A stretch of DNA of 63,430 nt, the filler included, from Dicyema japonicum (lineage: Eukaryota > Animalia > Dicyemida), in the NCBI GenBank assembly GCA_011109175.1. It is 4 parts of 4 records of this genome, joined end to end, with 100 filler letters (N's around TTAATTAATTAA, not from the genome) between each part and the next. Parts side by side here need not be neighbours in the genome. Positions count along the whole stretch, not along the records: positions 23,984 to 49,728 come from RDEW01000133.1; 3 more parts are not named here. The stretch is one strand, 5' to 3'. Both the position numbers and the translations under genes were made by a program. Below are positions 24,440 to 37,992 of this stretch, piece by piece. The notes below the pieces were generated by a model, which was not told where the DNA came from, did not search any database, and worked only from the letters and a program-made list of their open reading frames with translations. Each line of letters begins with the position of its first letter. The first letter of the stretch is position 1.

Positions 24440-25515
24440 CTTATCTACGACCTGGTCTAGGAAGATTCCCTGTGGCGACCTGGAGATACGACTTATCTAT
24501 TGGGTGCCTACAAGAGACGAGAGTTACTTGTAGCCTTGATGAGAAATATGGCGAATATCGAATTATATGTCAACTGAGCGACTCAAAATATTATGGATTT
24601 GGATTTGTTATCCACTCAAAGTTAACAAGTGCAGTCCACCGTATATGGATGTGAATGACAGGATTTGTGTTATGCAAATCCGTCTATACGACTTACCTCT
24701 TTCGAAGAGCTTTCTGACAATTGTAAATGTCTATGCACCACATATCTCGTTAGAAGACGCCTGGAAACGCACAAAGGACACCATCAACGAAGCTGCTGAA
24801 GCATGTCTTGGCAAAAGGGAGAATAGTAAAATGCACCTAAAGGCTATTCATCCAGATGTTCCTGAGCTTGCGAAAAGTTTGAAAGAAATAAACATGAGAA
24901 AATCAAATATCTTAACAATGAAATAAAGGCCAGGGCAAAAGGCAACGTCTCAGAAGAAAAATAAAATGTCTGAACAAGAAACTTTTCCTAGAAGAAATAG
25001 CTTCCTTTATAGAAGAGGTAAACAAAGTGAAAGACAACGCACAGGTGTACGTCGCTGCCCGTTTGCTGCGGCAAACAAACAGAAGTCCGAAATCGACTAA
25101 CCATAAAAGACGAGAATGGTAAGCTGATACTGAACACCAAAGAACAAACTGAATCCATCGCGACTCACTTTGAGAAGCTTTTCAACATCAAAACCATAAA
25201 AATGCACCAATTTGATGGAAGACCCCTGGAGATACCAATCATGGCCGAGGAAATCAAAACGGCCTGTCGAAAACTCAAGAATAACAGAAGACCCGGACCA
25301 GATTCGATAAACCCAGAATTACTGAAATACGGCCCTGACCCCCTTTTTGAAAAAATCAATACACTACTAAATGAAATGTTTTTAACTAATTCAACTCTAC
25401 CTCTTGGTACGGGACTACTAATCCCCATACAAAAATCAACAAAACCAGAGGACCGCTCGAAAATTTGCGACCCATCATACTACTAAATTCATTACGCAAA
25501 GTTTTGGCAGGCATG
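24440..25515 (+). mobile_element. RTE-like LINE fragment (APE to RT start, internally deleted)
   Basis: IGCLQETR, IVNVYAPH, LKNNRRPGPDSINPELLKYG and GLLIPIQK...LRPIILLNSLRK. Confidence 0.75.
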
Positions 25516-26879
25516 CCCAATCTCACTGTAAATTGACAAACCATGATTGGATTCAATTTTATCACCGAGTCGGAACAGCAGTTAAAAATATTGAAAGGAC
25601 CAGAAGAAAGTAATAACATAGTTTAAAAAGAAGTCATCATTCAATGATCTTATAAAGTATAAGGAATCTATATGTTTAGTCTTAATTCGACGCAAAATAT
25701 TTTTGATTTGTAATAAATAACGTTTTATGTCGAAAACAAACATTTTATAGTTACTTGATGAATGCGAATTCTCTGAATTTACCTTATCTGCATACTCATT
25801 TGCACACAACCCATTAAATCAAACTTGGTTAATATTTTGATTAAAAATATTTGTAAAATAATATATTAGTCTGTTATGGAAAATGATTTTTGATTACTAA
25901 ACTCCAATTCGGAAGAAATGGTTCATCAAGAGATCTGCCTTTAATTGCTATTATTTCATCCAATTCCCTACAGTGGGGACATTCCTCATAAAAAGAAGTA
26001 GTCGAGGACTCCTAAGGATAAACAGTTTACATTGGTAACCAGATTGTGGGAGATACTCTGATGCTGATTTAAGTATAGCATTCAATATGGAATCATTCCT
26101 TTTAGTGATTATCTAAAACTGAAATAAGGCAAAATTACAGGAGAGAGATTGTAAATAAACATTTTGAGTTTAATTAACTGTTCTATAAATATTTTGGAGA
26201 CCTCTTGGGGGACCTTTCTTGATTTGTGGAATTTGTCTGTTGAATATTCATGTTAATAAAATTATTGGATTTGTGAATATTCTCTTATTAATCTACAAAT
26301 AAGCAAAATATTAGCATTATAGGAGATATTTATTATTTTTATGTTTGTACAATGTTCTTCCTCAGTGCTATCCCAAGTGGTCTCTGTGCCATTTGAAGAG
26401 ATCAAACATAATGGGTCTGTAATCTGTGATTATCATAATACAAACCTCAACGTAGTGAATATATCTTTTGGCATATTTAATGAGCATCCCAGAAGGACTG
26501 GAGACTCCATATTTATGACATGTCTGTTCGAAAAAGTGTGAATACTTAACTTGTACTAATAAAGTTAAATACTTTTCAAATATTCACTATCTTCTTTACT
26601 CACACATTTCAGCAATGTACAGCACTCTGTTTACTCCATAACCCTATATTACACTTACCAATTACATTTTCTGTTATTTTAGCCCACTTTTTTGTATACT
26701 CATATAATGATTTATTATCAATGCATCCTAGTTTTACTTCTTTTCATGTTACTATGACAATATTTTTTAAATATATTTTCACTCAAGCAATTAATACGTA
26801 ATAACAGATTATTTGGATTTTTCTATACGTACTATTCCCTCCTCTTCTGAAATTGCCTCCAGTTTCCCTCTATGATAGA

Positions 26880-29690
26880 CTCGAGTGTTCTGAGGTAATT
26901 TCTTTATCTGTATATTTTCCCAGTAACTTTAATGCTTATGACTGGATCTCTTGAATTTTTATTAGGTTCGTTGCTGCCAGGTTAGATCCCCACGCAGCAC
27001 ATGCATAGCCTATTGTTGGCTCGATATACTGCTTGTAGAGCAGAGGTTGTCAAACGGTTTGCCGCGGCACACTAAGTGTGCCGCGAGACAATTTCTAGTG
27101 TGCCGCCTGCCAAATACAAATTTGAATAAATTTATATACATTTTTTGACCTAATTAATTTAAAAAGATAAATAAATTAAAATAATCATTTTTTATTATAT
27201 ATTAAATGACATTTACATTGGTTAACCATTATTTAATAATTTTTTAATAACGTGCGCATCAACGTGGTTATGGGTAAATCAGTTCGTCGTTCTTATAAAG
27301 ATTCTTATTTGTCTTTTGGATTTATATGCATAGATAAAAATAAACTACCTCAATGTCTAATTTGCATGAAAGTCTTGGCAAATGATGCTATGGTTCCTAG
27401 CAAACTAAAGAGACATTTACTTCCTAGCATCCGGACTATTCCGAAAAATCTGTGGATTATTTTATCCATTTGAAAAAACAACACAAGTATTATTTAGTTT
27501 TTACTATGAATCGTAGATCTAGTCAAATATTTAGTTTTTACTATGAATCGTAGATCTAGTCAGTGAAACTTTTGTAAACACAAAGGAATCATTGAAATGT
27601 TCATACCTGATCTCAGAATTGATAGCAAAACAACTAAAACCTCAAACTATTGGCGAAACTTGATAATCCCTGCTTGTCGTATTATTGCTCGGACAATGTT
27701 TGGTCATAAATATGAACAAAAAATAATGAAGATACCTTTGTCAGATAACACTGTTTCTCGTCGGATAATATTGAAAATACTGTCTCATTTTCGATTAAAG
27801 AAACTCGGTTTTCATTACAACTTGATGAATCCACGGATATTTCGGGAATGTCACATTTGTTGGCATATATACGATTTGTTTATTTTGGGAAAATTACAGA
27901 ACAATTCTTGTTTTGTAAGCCTCTTTTAACTACTACTCGAGCAATTAACATGTTCACGATATTAAACTATTATTTCAATATCAATAATATTTCATTTGCA
28001 AATTGTATTGGTGTATGTACAGATGGAGCCCCGTCAATGTCTGGTCGTATTAATGGACTTGTTTCATTAGTAAAATCTAAAAATAATGAGATAATATCAA
28101 CACATTGTTTTTTGCATCGAGAAGTATTGGTTGTAAAAACATTACCTATGAATTTGAAATCTGTCTTGGATGATATTATCCGAATGATTAATAATATAAA
28201 AAGTCGACCCAAAAAGTCTCGAATTTTTACTACTATTTGCGATGAAATGGGGGCAAACTTTACAAATTTGTTACTTCATACCGAAATTCGATGGCTATTA
28301 AGGGGTAAAGCATTAACGAGGGTTTTTGAATTAAAGGACGAAATGTGTGAGTTTTTTAAATTGGAAGGGCATTCTGAATTTGTTGAAAAAATTCAGAATC
28401 CAATGTGGTCTATAAACTTGCGTATTTATCTGACATTTTACAAATATTAAACGAGGTTAATGCTAGTATGCAAGGAGGTTCTGAGACTATTTTATCGTCG
28501 ACGGACAAATTAAATTCTTTGAAAATGAAAATCAGTTTTTGGAGAAAAAGGGTTTAGATGGCGATTATACTATGTTTCCTAATACGAATGGTTTATTTTA
28601 TATTTTAATTATAATAAGGATATAATGGTGAATCGATACAGGGACTGATTAATGAACATTTAATAATTTTGGAAAACAAAATGGATGCTTATTTTCCAGA
28701 CTTAGAAATTGAAAAATTCGATTGGGTTATTATTTTTTAAATATTTTTAGATACGAAATCCTTTTCTTGTGTCAGAATCAAACACTTATCTGTTAAAGAA
28801 AATGAAGAACTTATTGCACTGTTTAATGATCGATCCTTAAAATTAATGATGACGGAGTTAGACATATGAGAATTCTGGATATATATTCGAAACATATATC
28901 CCAGTTTATCAAAACAAGCACTGACCATAATTTTACAGTTCTCAACGACCTATTTATGCGAAACAGGTTTTTCTACGCTGCATAATATGAAATATAACAA
29001 ACGTGAAAGTTTGAGAAACATTGATGCTGAAATGCGGGTGGCTTTGTCAACCATTCGACTTGATATTGATGATATATATAAAAAACAATAATAATTAAGA
29101 TTTTATTTTTATTATTAATAAAAATTTGGGCATTAAATTACCAATTTTTGTATTTAGTTTTACACATCTTAAAAATTTAATTTTTTAATGTGTGCCGTGG
29201 ATTATTTTTTTACGATTAGTGTGCCGCGGGAATTATTTTTTGAAAAGCTCTGTTGTAGAGGGTCCCGACACCTGGCGAATAAATTCCTCCACAGTTCCAA
29301 AGGAAGGCTTTTACAAAATTGATCTTCTTTGGAAAGGTTGATATGGTGGATTCCACATGGGCTGAGAAGCAGAGGAAAGTATCAAAAGTTACTCCCAGTA
29401 TCTTCTTTCTTTGTGGTATAGGCACTCCATTTAACGTGACATCAATTGTTTGTGTTCCCATCTTTCTATTCTTAGTGAATAGAGTGACTGCTGAATTTCC
29501 GTAACATGCATTTAATCTATTTTCGCACAACCATCCATATATGTTATTTAGTGTTCCTTGTAGTCTTTCTTTAGCATGACATTTACGTCCCTACTATGTC
29601 ATCAGCATAGGAAAGTACATGTCATTATTGTTCATAGGAACGGGGAGATCATTCAGAAACAAATTAAAGAGGATTGGAGACAAAATGTAT
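26880..29690 (-). mobile_element. LINE RT 3' fragment split by the hAT insertion
   Basis: SYADDI and LGVTFD on the right flank; GVGT-LYKQYIEPTIGYACAAWG continues across the TSD into the left flank. Confidence 0.75.
27041..29252 (+). mobile_element. hAT transposon (Buster/Charlie, ZBED5-like transposase), copy 1
   Basis: TIRs CAGAGGTTGTCAAA / TTTGAAAAGCTCTG, 8-bp TSD TTGTAGAG (27033-27040 and 29253-29260). Motifs PQCLIC, PSKLKRH, LDESTD, CTDGAPSM, HCFLHRE, HTEIRWL and TTYLCETGFS. Frameshifted. Confidence 0.92.
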
Positions 29691-29719
29691 GATTAGAAAA
29701 ACCCAAATAGTATAATAAT

Positions 29720-31510
29720 TATTTATTCCTTTTATTACTAAAATTATTAGGTTTCTCTTTAATATATGGAATTGTCGATGCATTAGAGTACACATAAGTG
29801 TAATCATCAGTGTCTACAAATCATCATTGAGATACCATATATATATTTTTACTTCCAAAGACATCATCAAAGGCACCATATACATTATGCTTACTTTCAT
29901 CTTCAGGAGGAGAATGACCTACATCCTCTTTACTTTTTTTATTGTCTTTTCCAAAGACATCATCAAAGGCACCATATACATTTTGCTTACTTTCATATTC
30001 CGTAGGAGAATAATGTACTTTTTTACTTTTCTTGTTGCTTTTAGAAATCAACACAGAGAGCTTGACTCACAACTCAAAACAACCTTATCTTCCATTGAAT
30101 TCAAATGAGTTTTTAGTCTTTCAATGTTTTTTTCATTTTTTGTAGTTGTTGTAATCAGTTCATTTATTTTCAATATATATTTGTTGAATATATCCTTTGA
30201 AATTAACAAAGTGTTAGATACTTGGAAATTTTGGGATTCCATTGTTTCCTTAATCTTCTTGACATCATTTACTAAGCTTTTTTGATCTTTTTTCAATTCC
30301 TCTTTAATTTTAGTGCTATTATTTTCAATTTCGGTTTTAATGATTTCAATCATTTTTTCATTATTCTATAAATTATTTTTTAATTTAAATAATATTAAAT
30401 TGTTTATAATACCGTTTCGATTGATGCGTCTGCACGTGTGTCAATGTTTTTGATTTTCTTCCTTAAAAGATCATCCTTTTTGCATATCATTTCAGAAAGC
30501 GTATTTAAAGCGATTTTAGTTTTAGCTTTATCACGTGCTCTAACAATTATTTACAGGTTATAAACTTTGAACTCTCAATTTCCTGTAGTGACTTTCTGAG
30601 GGATCTGATCTCAGATCTTATTGCTGCATTTTCCTTATTTATAATTGAGCCCACCATCTCCCTTTCTGATATCTTAAATTTATTAAAACTCATACTTCTA
30701 TTTTTTCATCAATTCTCTGTATAACATTATAGATCTCTGACTTTATAAGTGCATGTATCACATCGAACAAGTGTGAATCTGGATTAAACTCGGATTTTAC
30801 TTCTTCAATTTGAAAATTAATTGTCGTAAAATAAATTAAAACTTTTTTTTTTTTCCTCAAATGAATTTAATTTTTTATTTAAATTAGTTTCATTTTGGTC
30901 TAGTTGTTTTTTGAGGTCCTCGACTTGGTTGTCGAGAATATTAAGTAGATCCCTTGAATGCTCTTTCTGGAACTTTTTTAGATTTTCTATCTTCAATTGA
31001 CTGTTTTGTTGATTGCTCTTGAGTTCTTTAAGCAAATTTAAATTCTCATTTTCTCTAATTTTACGTGAAAATAAAACTTTTCCCTTATAAGCGATATTAT
31101 GTTACCCAGTTCGTTGTCGTGAACTTGAATGGCTTCTCTCAAAGTCTTCATTGCACTCCAAATTTGTGTGTTCCTGTGGATTACTCAATGAATGTACATT
31201 TTATTTTCTTTATCAATATTTATGGCATTATTGTTGTCAATATTTTGCAAATTCTCGCTAATGTTCTCAATCTTGTGGTTCTTTAATAAAAATATAATAC
31301 GCACGTTTTTCGTGACAGCGTTCATTATTTTTTTGGTTTCTTCGTTTTATTTGCTGAAAATTCATAAAATTTATTTTCCAGGTCCTCGAATGAGTTTTTA
31401 AGTTCGATGGAATTATTGGTGAGTTTTTCTATTATATGTTTGTATTGGTCATTGGATCTGTTGTGATTACTTATTTACCTTATTTGATTGTAATCTCTGG
31501 GATTATTCAT
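29720..31510 (-). CDS. Orphan multi-exon coiled-coil protein (copy 2 at about 40615-42412)
   Basis: ATG at 31510, tiny GT-AG introns and K/E/N-rich heptad-like exons. C-terminal duplicated motif ESK.NVYGAFDDVFG. Contains indels. Confidence 0.5.
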
Positions 31511-32629
31511 TGCACTTTACTTTTAATTTATATTTTATATTAAATTCATGATTCATTTATTTTAGCATAACTACATTTACGGTTCACTTAACCAATTGTC
31601 ATACTTGATGTTGGTTATTAAGACGACCGTCTCCTAATCATTGAGGATGTTATTGACGAATCTGAACTTATGGATCAGTGCTTTTAAATGTTTAATTTAC
31701 TTTTGACAAGGTTGAGTTAATGTTCTAATAATTACCGAAATTCAATCGATTATTCAATTTCAAATCCATTTTAACAAATTTAATGATTACGGCGTAGTGT
31801 TATGAGTGACCGACATAATTCAAATGCTTCCCTGGTAGAATCTCGCTGCTGTCTATTTTGCTAAAGATTTCATGTATTTACGATGCTTCCGACTTGACGA
31901 GTGACGCCGCCATTAGTACCTCACTGCAATTGGGTTGTCTAAGGAAATCAAAAGAAAAGAAGTTAAGAACATCACTAATGTTTTTACCCCCATTTGCGAT
32001 TAATTAGCATAACTGCTCTTTCGTTTTTAAATAAAGTGTGTGTCCTCCCAAATGAAGGTTTAGTAGTGGAAGCAATAATACGCCTCTACGAAAGGACTAT
32101 TATTATAATTAGGGAAATAAAACTAATCACTCATTTATAAATTCAACTAACTACCAAGCATTCTTACTCATAGACGAAATTACAACACTGAAGAAATGTA
32201 ATCAAATCTCATCAAGAATTTATAAAAAAGATTGTTAGAGACTGGGACTGACGTTTCCAGAGATCCAAAAAGTTGATCCCAAGCGAAAGAAAAAACATAA
32301 CCAAATATAATAATAATTAATACGATTAATCAGCCAGGATGCCGTAGTGTCATAAGTGTCATGCAAAGTCATGAAGGCATGCCGGTATCGAATTACGATG
32401 AGTTAATTGACTGTTCTTCACTAAAATTACGTTTTCCTGCCTATGCGATAAATATAATGGTTATTGTGAGTAAATAATTATAATTCCACATAGAACAAAA
32501 ACTAAAAACTTTAATATTTGTTAATGGATTAGTGAAACATTACTTATTTAATGGTTTGTTGTGAAATGGCTAATTTAAGTGAATTTGTGTCACATTGTAG
32601 AACATTGACCTATTATAAAGTGGTAGTTC

Positions 32630-33160
32630 TGTTTTCGACAGGCAAATTAAACAAATAATAGTAGATGGCTCCGCAGTTCCTTTTCGTCAAGTGGGCACCC
32701 AAGAAAGTATGTCCGCTCCCTGGGTACGACAGTAATTCCAGGTAGTACCAAGTTGAAAGACTCGACACGTTGATAAAATCACTCTCCGAGTATGTGATAC
32801 TTATTAGTTCCGATTTCTTTATATTTAACTCAAGTTCGAGGTTTCGTAGTGCTGGCACAGCATGTGACAAAACATCATGGACTTTTCTCCACGGTTCTCC
32901 AATTGTGGCGTCATCAAGATACCAGAGGATTAGTTGTGTGTTTATAGGCGGACAATTTCATCGATGGCCAGAGTAAAGAAAGGTGGACCAAGTGGGTCCC
33001 CTTGTTGGACTCCAGTCTCCGAACAGATAATACTGTCTCCGAAAACCAGTGAAGAATTGGTTCCGTAAGCGATGTAGACAAGTTGAATAAGTTCCTGGCT
33101 CACTTGCTTGTAGTTTCGAAAATTTGATCCCTTCTCAGTGAATTGAAGGCATTGCAGATT
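32630..33160 (-). mobile_element. CRE-like RT fragment (copy at about 43530-44060)
   Basis: NAFNSLRRD, SETGVQQGDPLGP and WYLDDATIG. Confidence 0.75.
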
Positions 33161-33273
33161 TATGTAAATTTATTAGGGAAGCCATTAATAAAATTCCAAG
33201 AAATGCTTGTTCGCAGTAAAAAATTCCAAGAAACCAATAAATTATATAAATACCCAATTTCAGTAAAACTCAA

Positions 33274-34107
33274 ATGTTCTGGTTTTTATTAATTGTGTTA
33301 GGAATAATAGAGATTTGTATTACATTTTATAATAATAGCACTACAACAATACACACCATACCCTGTGAGAGTGAAATTTGATAATTTCCCAGTAATTTAC
33401 TTTATTAACAATTAGGAAGACGAGATAGATTTTGTCATACCGGTCAAAATGTGTCATTAATGCTTAGGCATTAGGAGAAGTTATGACTATAACCGAAGAG
33501 AATATTAATCCTGAACTTAGCATAACAATAAGGTAATACAACAATTAATTCTTTTAGTCGTGGTCAAGAAAATTGTGATTACAGAGATAGTATTTTAACG
33601 GTAACAGTGCTACAAGATGCTGAAGTATAGATAATTTATATTAATAGATCTTGACTGGAAAAATATTAAAATGTCTGTTAAAAATATTTTGCGAGGAAGA
33701 AGTAATAGACCCTCAATCCCGAGATTTTGATATACTACAGGACGAAAGTGGATGGTTAATAATGTAATATTATTTTAGTGCAAGAATATTATCCGATGAT
33801 CAAGTTTTATTCCTTCAAGAGATAAACAAAGCAAATTTTTGAATAGAATTGGAGGTTAATAAATTTTTAATATTAGAAACAACCTACTGTTACGACCACC
33901 AGTACAACCATTACTCCTATACCTCCTGATGATGACATGGACACAGATGAGCTAGAAGAGATCAATGAATATTCTGAAAACTTAACCACCAAAGATCGCA
34001 GTAATATTGGAATAAATTGTATAATTATAATATATTCAGCATTCAATATTATTCATTTCCTGAATGCTCTAATTATTATTGGAGTTATCATTCAATTAGA
34101 TTATTAA
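33274..34107 (+). CDS. Orphan secreted or membrane-anchored protein (copy 2 at 44180-45016)
   Basis: Signal-like MFWFLLIVLGIIEISL, several 22-25 nt introns, a Thr-rich stalk TTTSTTITP, an acidic patch and a C-terminal hydrophobic segment. Confidence 0.55.
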
Positions 34108-34159
34108 TAATTTGATTGGATTGGGTTCTCTAAATAAAAATATTTATTAAAATAATTTT

Positions 34160-36000
34160 TGACTAAAACTAAAGGTTTACAATCATTGAATAGGTCCGAT
34201 GATGTGCATGGAATTGCGTTCTCAATGGGTCAGCTTTTTCTCTTCTATCCTTTTTCTTTTTCTTGATCTGTTTATCAGGGTCAGAGACATGCTTCTTATG
34301 ATTCCTGCCGTTTCCATGGTGAATGGTTCAAAAATGAACTTTACATTGTTACATTCGAAATTCTTCATCTTTATGGTATCTGTCTTTTCCGAGGCTGAGT
34401 CTGTGTTAGATGTCCAAATAGGATATCCGAGAATCCAAACAAGTGGCGTATCTACCACTTTCTTATGGGAAGAAATTGTTTCTTCATACTTTTTGTTGGC
34501 TGAAGGAAGTCCGATAGGCTCCAACTTGACACAAAATCTAGTCCTCCACCAATAACTCAGATGATTTAACTGCTTCTCGAATTTTCTAACGACTCTTCCT
34601 GTAAAAGAAAGAGTGAATACTTTTAGCGTCGACATTCTTCCACATCTACAGCTATTGATCACACAAACATCTATTTCGAGGCGGAAGCAAACCACAATTC
34701 TTGTGGCTTCGTCATCAAGTGTCCCAAATGAGTTGCATGAGAATGATGTGATTCCTGCAACACTTCGGTTCGTCCTTGTAAAAACAGACGTGCCAAGTTA
34801 TATCTCATCAATAGTCTTTGAGCATAAAAGTTTGTCCCAGTGAAGTTGTTTCGTAGAGTTTCTTTAGGAATCCCACACATAGACGCATCCAGCATTCTTA
34901 AGTTCCCTATGTCACTAGTTCAGAGACCAGTTCACAAGGCTGTAATTAATTATCACCTCGTTTTGATTTCCAAAATATTTTGGTCACTCCTGGTGTCATA
35001 TTTCACAGACCAGTCAATAAGAAGAGCCATGAGACTTCTATAGAAGAGGGTTTATTGTTTCGTCGAGTGTGTGTGTTTGTATGGAAAGCCGGATCGTTGA
35101 GTATGCAGAGACTTTGAAGGTCCTCAATTATCATCTTCCCCCTTTTTGTCATGGGTTTTACTATCAATCACAATGAGTGGTTCGTATTGAAGTCATCACA
35201 GATCCTCATTATTATGCAGCTTAATGCTAACGGTATAAAATCAAGGATCATAGAGCTAAGCATCATCGAGTTCGAGAAAGAATCCACAACAGTGCAGTCC
35301 CATACGACGGAAAGATAGTTAACCCATCCGGTCTTTTCCCATCTCCGCGGACCAATCCCACAGGTTCCAATACTGCTGGGAAGGCTGCCGCTTCAAGAGC
35401 TCGCAAGACAATGTTGTTCATAGCAGCATGGCGGGATGCTCTGCCCGCACTTCTTTTGCACGAGAGCGGGTGCAGCCCTTTGGCATCGACGATCCCTCCA
35501 CAGCAACATTGGTGTTCGACGCAAACATCAGCTCCCAGGCGTTGTGCGATTCCAATCCGAATACAGTCATCGTCCAATAGGGTCTCCAGGGAGGAAGACG
35601 TGAGTGCATCCAGCCACGCTCCGCTCCCATGGTTGGCGGCGGACACGAGGCATGCAAGATGATGCTGGTTAGCCTCAGACTTTAGCACGTCGAAGATATT
35701 CTTGGAGTAAATATCATCACAGTCACGTTGCCTCGAAGGATCGTTCGGCATATCCAAACCAGTTTCACACCATTCGCAACGAGCTTCGTCGAAGACTTTT
35801 TCCCAAGAGAGTCCGGTTGTAATACGTAGGATTTCTTGGACCAAAAGGCTTCCACTTGAGAGCGATGACACATATGCTGGATAGCGCCGATTTTATTATC
35901 AAAAAAAATTTTTTTATTATCAAAATGAATAAAAAATTAAATGTAGGCATTGAATGGCCATGCTATTTCCCTAACAATAGCCAACGAGATACGATCCTCG
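34160..36000 (-). mobile_element. Stacked CRE-like 3' (RLE) fragments
   Basis: GAWLDAL, IGIAQRLG, C.CG..VD..G.H.LSC, RH..MN, EPVGL, KRPDGLT, FEPFTMETAG and RISLAIVR. Confidence 0.75.
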
Positions 36001-36217
36001 GGAAATAAATTAATTCCAGATTCTAATTCGTAATCTTCCAATGTCCCAACTGTATAATAGTATAATTTTTTGAGTAGATCATTAGTGTATGTTATTCCGA
36101 CAATTTTCTCTTTATTAAATATCGAATAGGGGTATTTCCAATGTACCTTGATTGTTGTCGTTTCTTTTCCACCATTAAGGTCCCCAAATTATACCTCATT
36201 GTGTTCTCATGATCTTA

Positions 36218-36630
36218 CACTAAATCCATAAATGATGACCCAATTCCCATAAATGATGTCCAAGTTATATATAATACACAAGTAAATCTATATTTTAATT
36301 TCCCCTATTATGGTATCAACTAATACAGATATGAGAAGTCGCAAGGTTTTTATGAACGAAAGTCTATTTAATCAAATTAAAAGACTTTACAAAGTTTTGA
36401 TTGAGATCACCTCGATCAGTAAAAAGAATTTGAACATGTGTATACAAAAGAGAATTTGTCCTCATATTAGAACCGTTTTTGGGAAAGGTTAAATGGAATT
36501 AATAACAGATTAATTGAATAAAATACTTTTTTCCTAAAATATTTATTAGTATAATATATATAACTTGGACATCATTTATGGAATTGGTCATCATTTATGG
36601 GAATTGGGTCATCATTTATGGGATTGAGTG
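36218..36630 (+). mobile_element. Non-autonomous Tc1/mariner-like element (MITE)
   Basis: TA|CACTAAATCCATAAATGATGACCCAATTCCC... with an inverted right end ...GGGATTGAGTG|TA and a short internal ORF (36310-36492). The right end is repeated at 36633-36722. Confidence 0.7.
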
Positions 36631-37992
36631 TAGTATTTATTAGTATAATATATATAACTTGGACATCATTTATGGGAATGGGTCAACATTTATGGGAATT
36701 GGGTCATCATTTATGGATTGAGCGAATTCTCTGAATTTACCTTATCTGCATACTCATTTGCACACAACCCATTAAATCAAAACTTGGTTAATATTTGATT
36801 AAAAATATTTGTAAAATAATATATTAGTCTGTTATGGAAAATGATTTTGATTACTAAACTCCAATCGGAAGAAAATGGTTCATCAAGAGATCTGCCTTTA
36901 ATTGCTATTATTTCATCCAATTCCCTACAGTGGGACATTCCTCATAAAAGAAGTAGTCGAGGACTCCTAAGGATAAACAGTTACATTGGTAACCAGATTG
37001 TGGGAGATACTCTGATGCTGATTTAAGTATAGCATTCAATATGGAATCATTCCTTTTAGTGATTATCTAAAACTGAAATAAGGCAAAATACAGGAGAGAG
37101 ATTGTAAATAAACATTTGAGTTTAATTAACTGTTCTATAAATATTTTGGAGACCTCTTGGGGGGACCTTTCTTGATTTGTGGAATTTGTCTGTTGAATAT
37201 TCATGTTAATAAATATTGGATTTGTGAATATTCTCTTATTAATCTACAAATAAGCAAAATATTAGCATTATAGGAGATATTTATTATTTTTATGTTTGTA
37301 CAATGTTCTTCCTCAGTGCTATCCCCCAAGTGGTCTCTGTGCCATTTGAAGAGATCAAACATAACTGGGTCTGTAATCTGTGATTATCATAATACAAACC
37401 TCAACGTAGTGAATATATCTTTTGGCATATTTAATGAGCATCCCAGAAGGACTGGAGACTCCATATTTATGACATGTCTGTTCGAAAAAGTGTGAATACT
37501 TAACTTGTACTAATAAAGTTAAATACTTTTCAAATATTCACTATCTTCTTTACTCACACATTCAGCAATGTACAGCACTCTGTTTTACTCCATAACCCTA
37601 TATTACACTTACCAATTACATTTTCTGTTATTTTAGCCCACTTTTTGTATACTCATATAATGATTTATTATCAATACATCCTAGTTTTACTTCTTTCATG
37701 TTACTATGAACAATATTTTTTAAATATATTTTCACTCAAGCAATTAATACGTAATAACAGATTATTTGGATTTTTCTATACGTACTATTCCCTCCTCTTC
37801 TGAAATTGCCTCCAGTTCCCTCTATGATAGACTCGAGTGTTCTGGGGTAATTTCTTTATCTGTATATTTTCCCAGTAACTTTAATGCTTATGACTGGATC
37901 TCTTGAATTTTTATTAGGTTCGTTGCTGCCAGGTTAGATCCCCATGCAGCACATGCATAGCCTATTGTTGGCTCGATATACTGCTTGTAGAG

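Noticed and set aside
32330-32400. GC-rich hairpin as a snRNA or ribozyme (copy at about 43235-43290)
   Set aside because: No recognisable snRNA, snoRNA-box or hammerhead core. It may be a transposon-end remnant.
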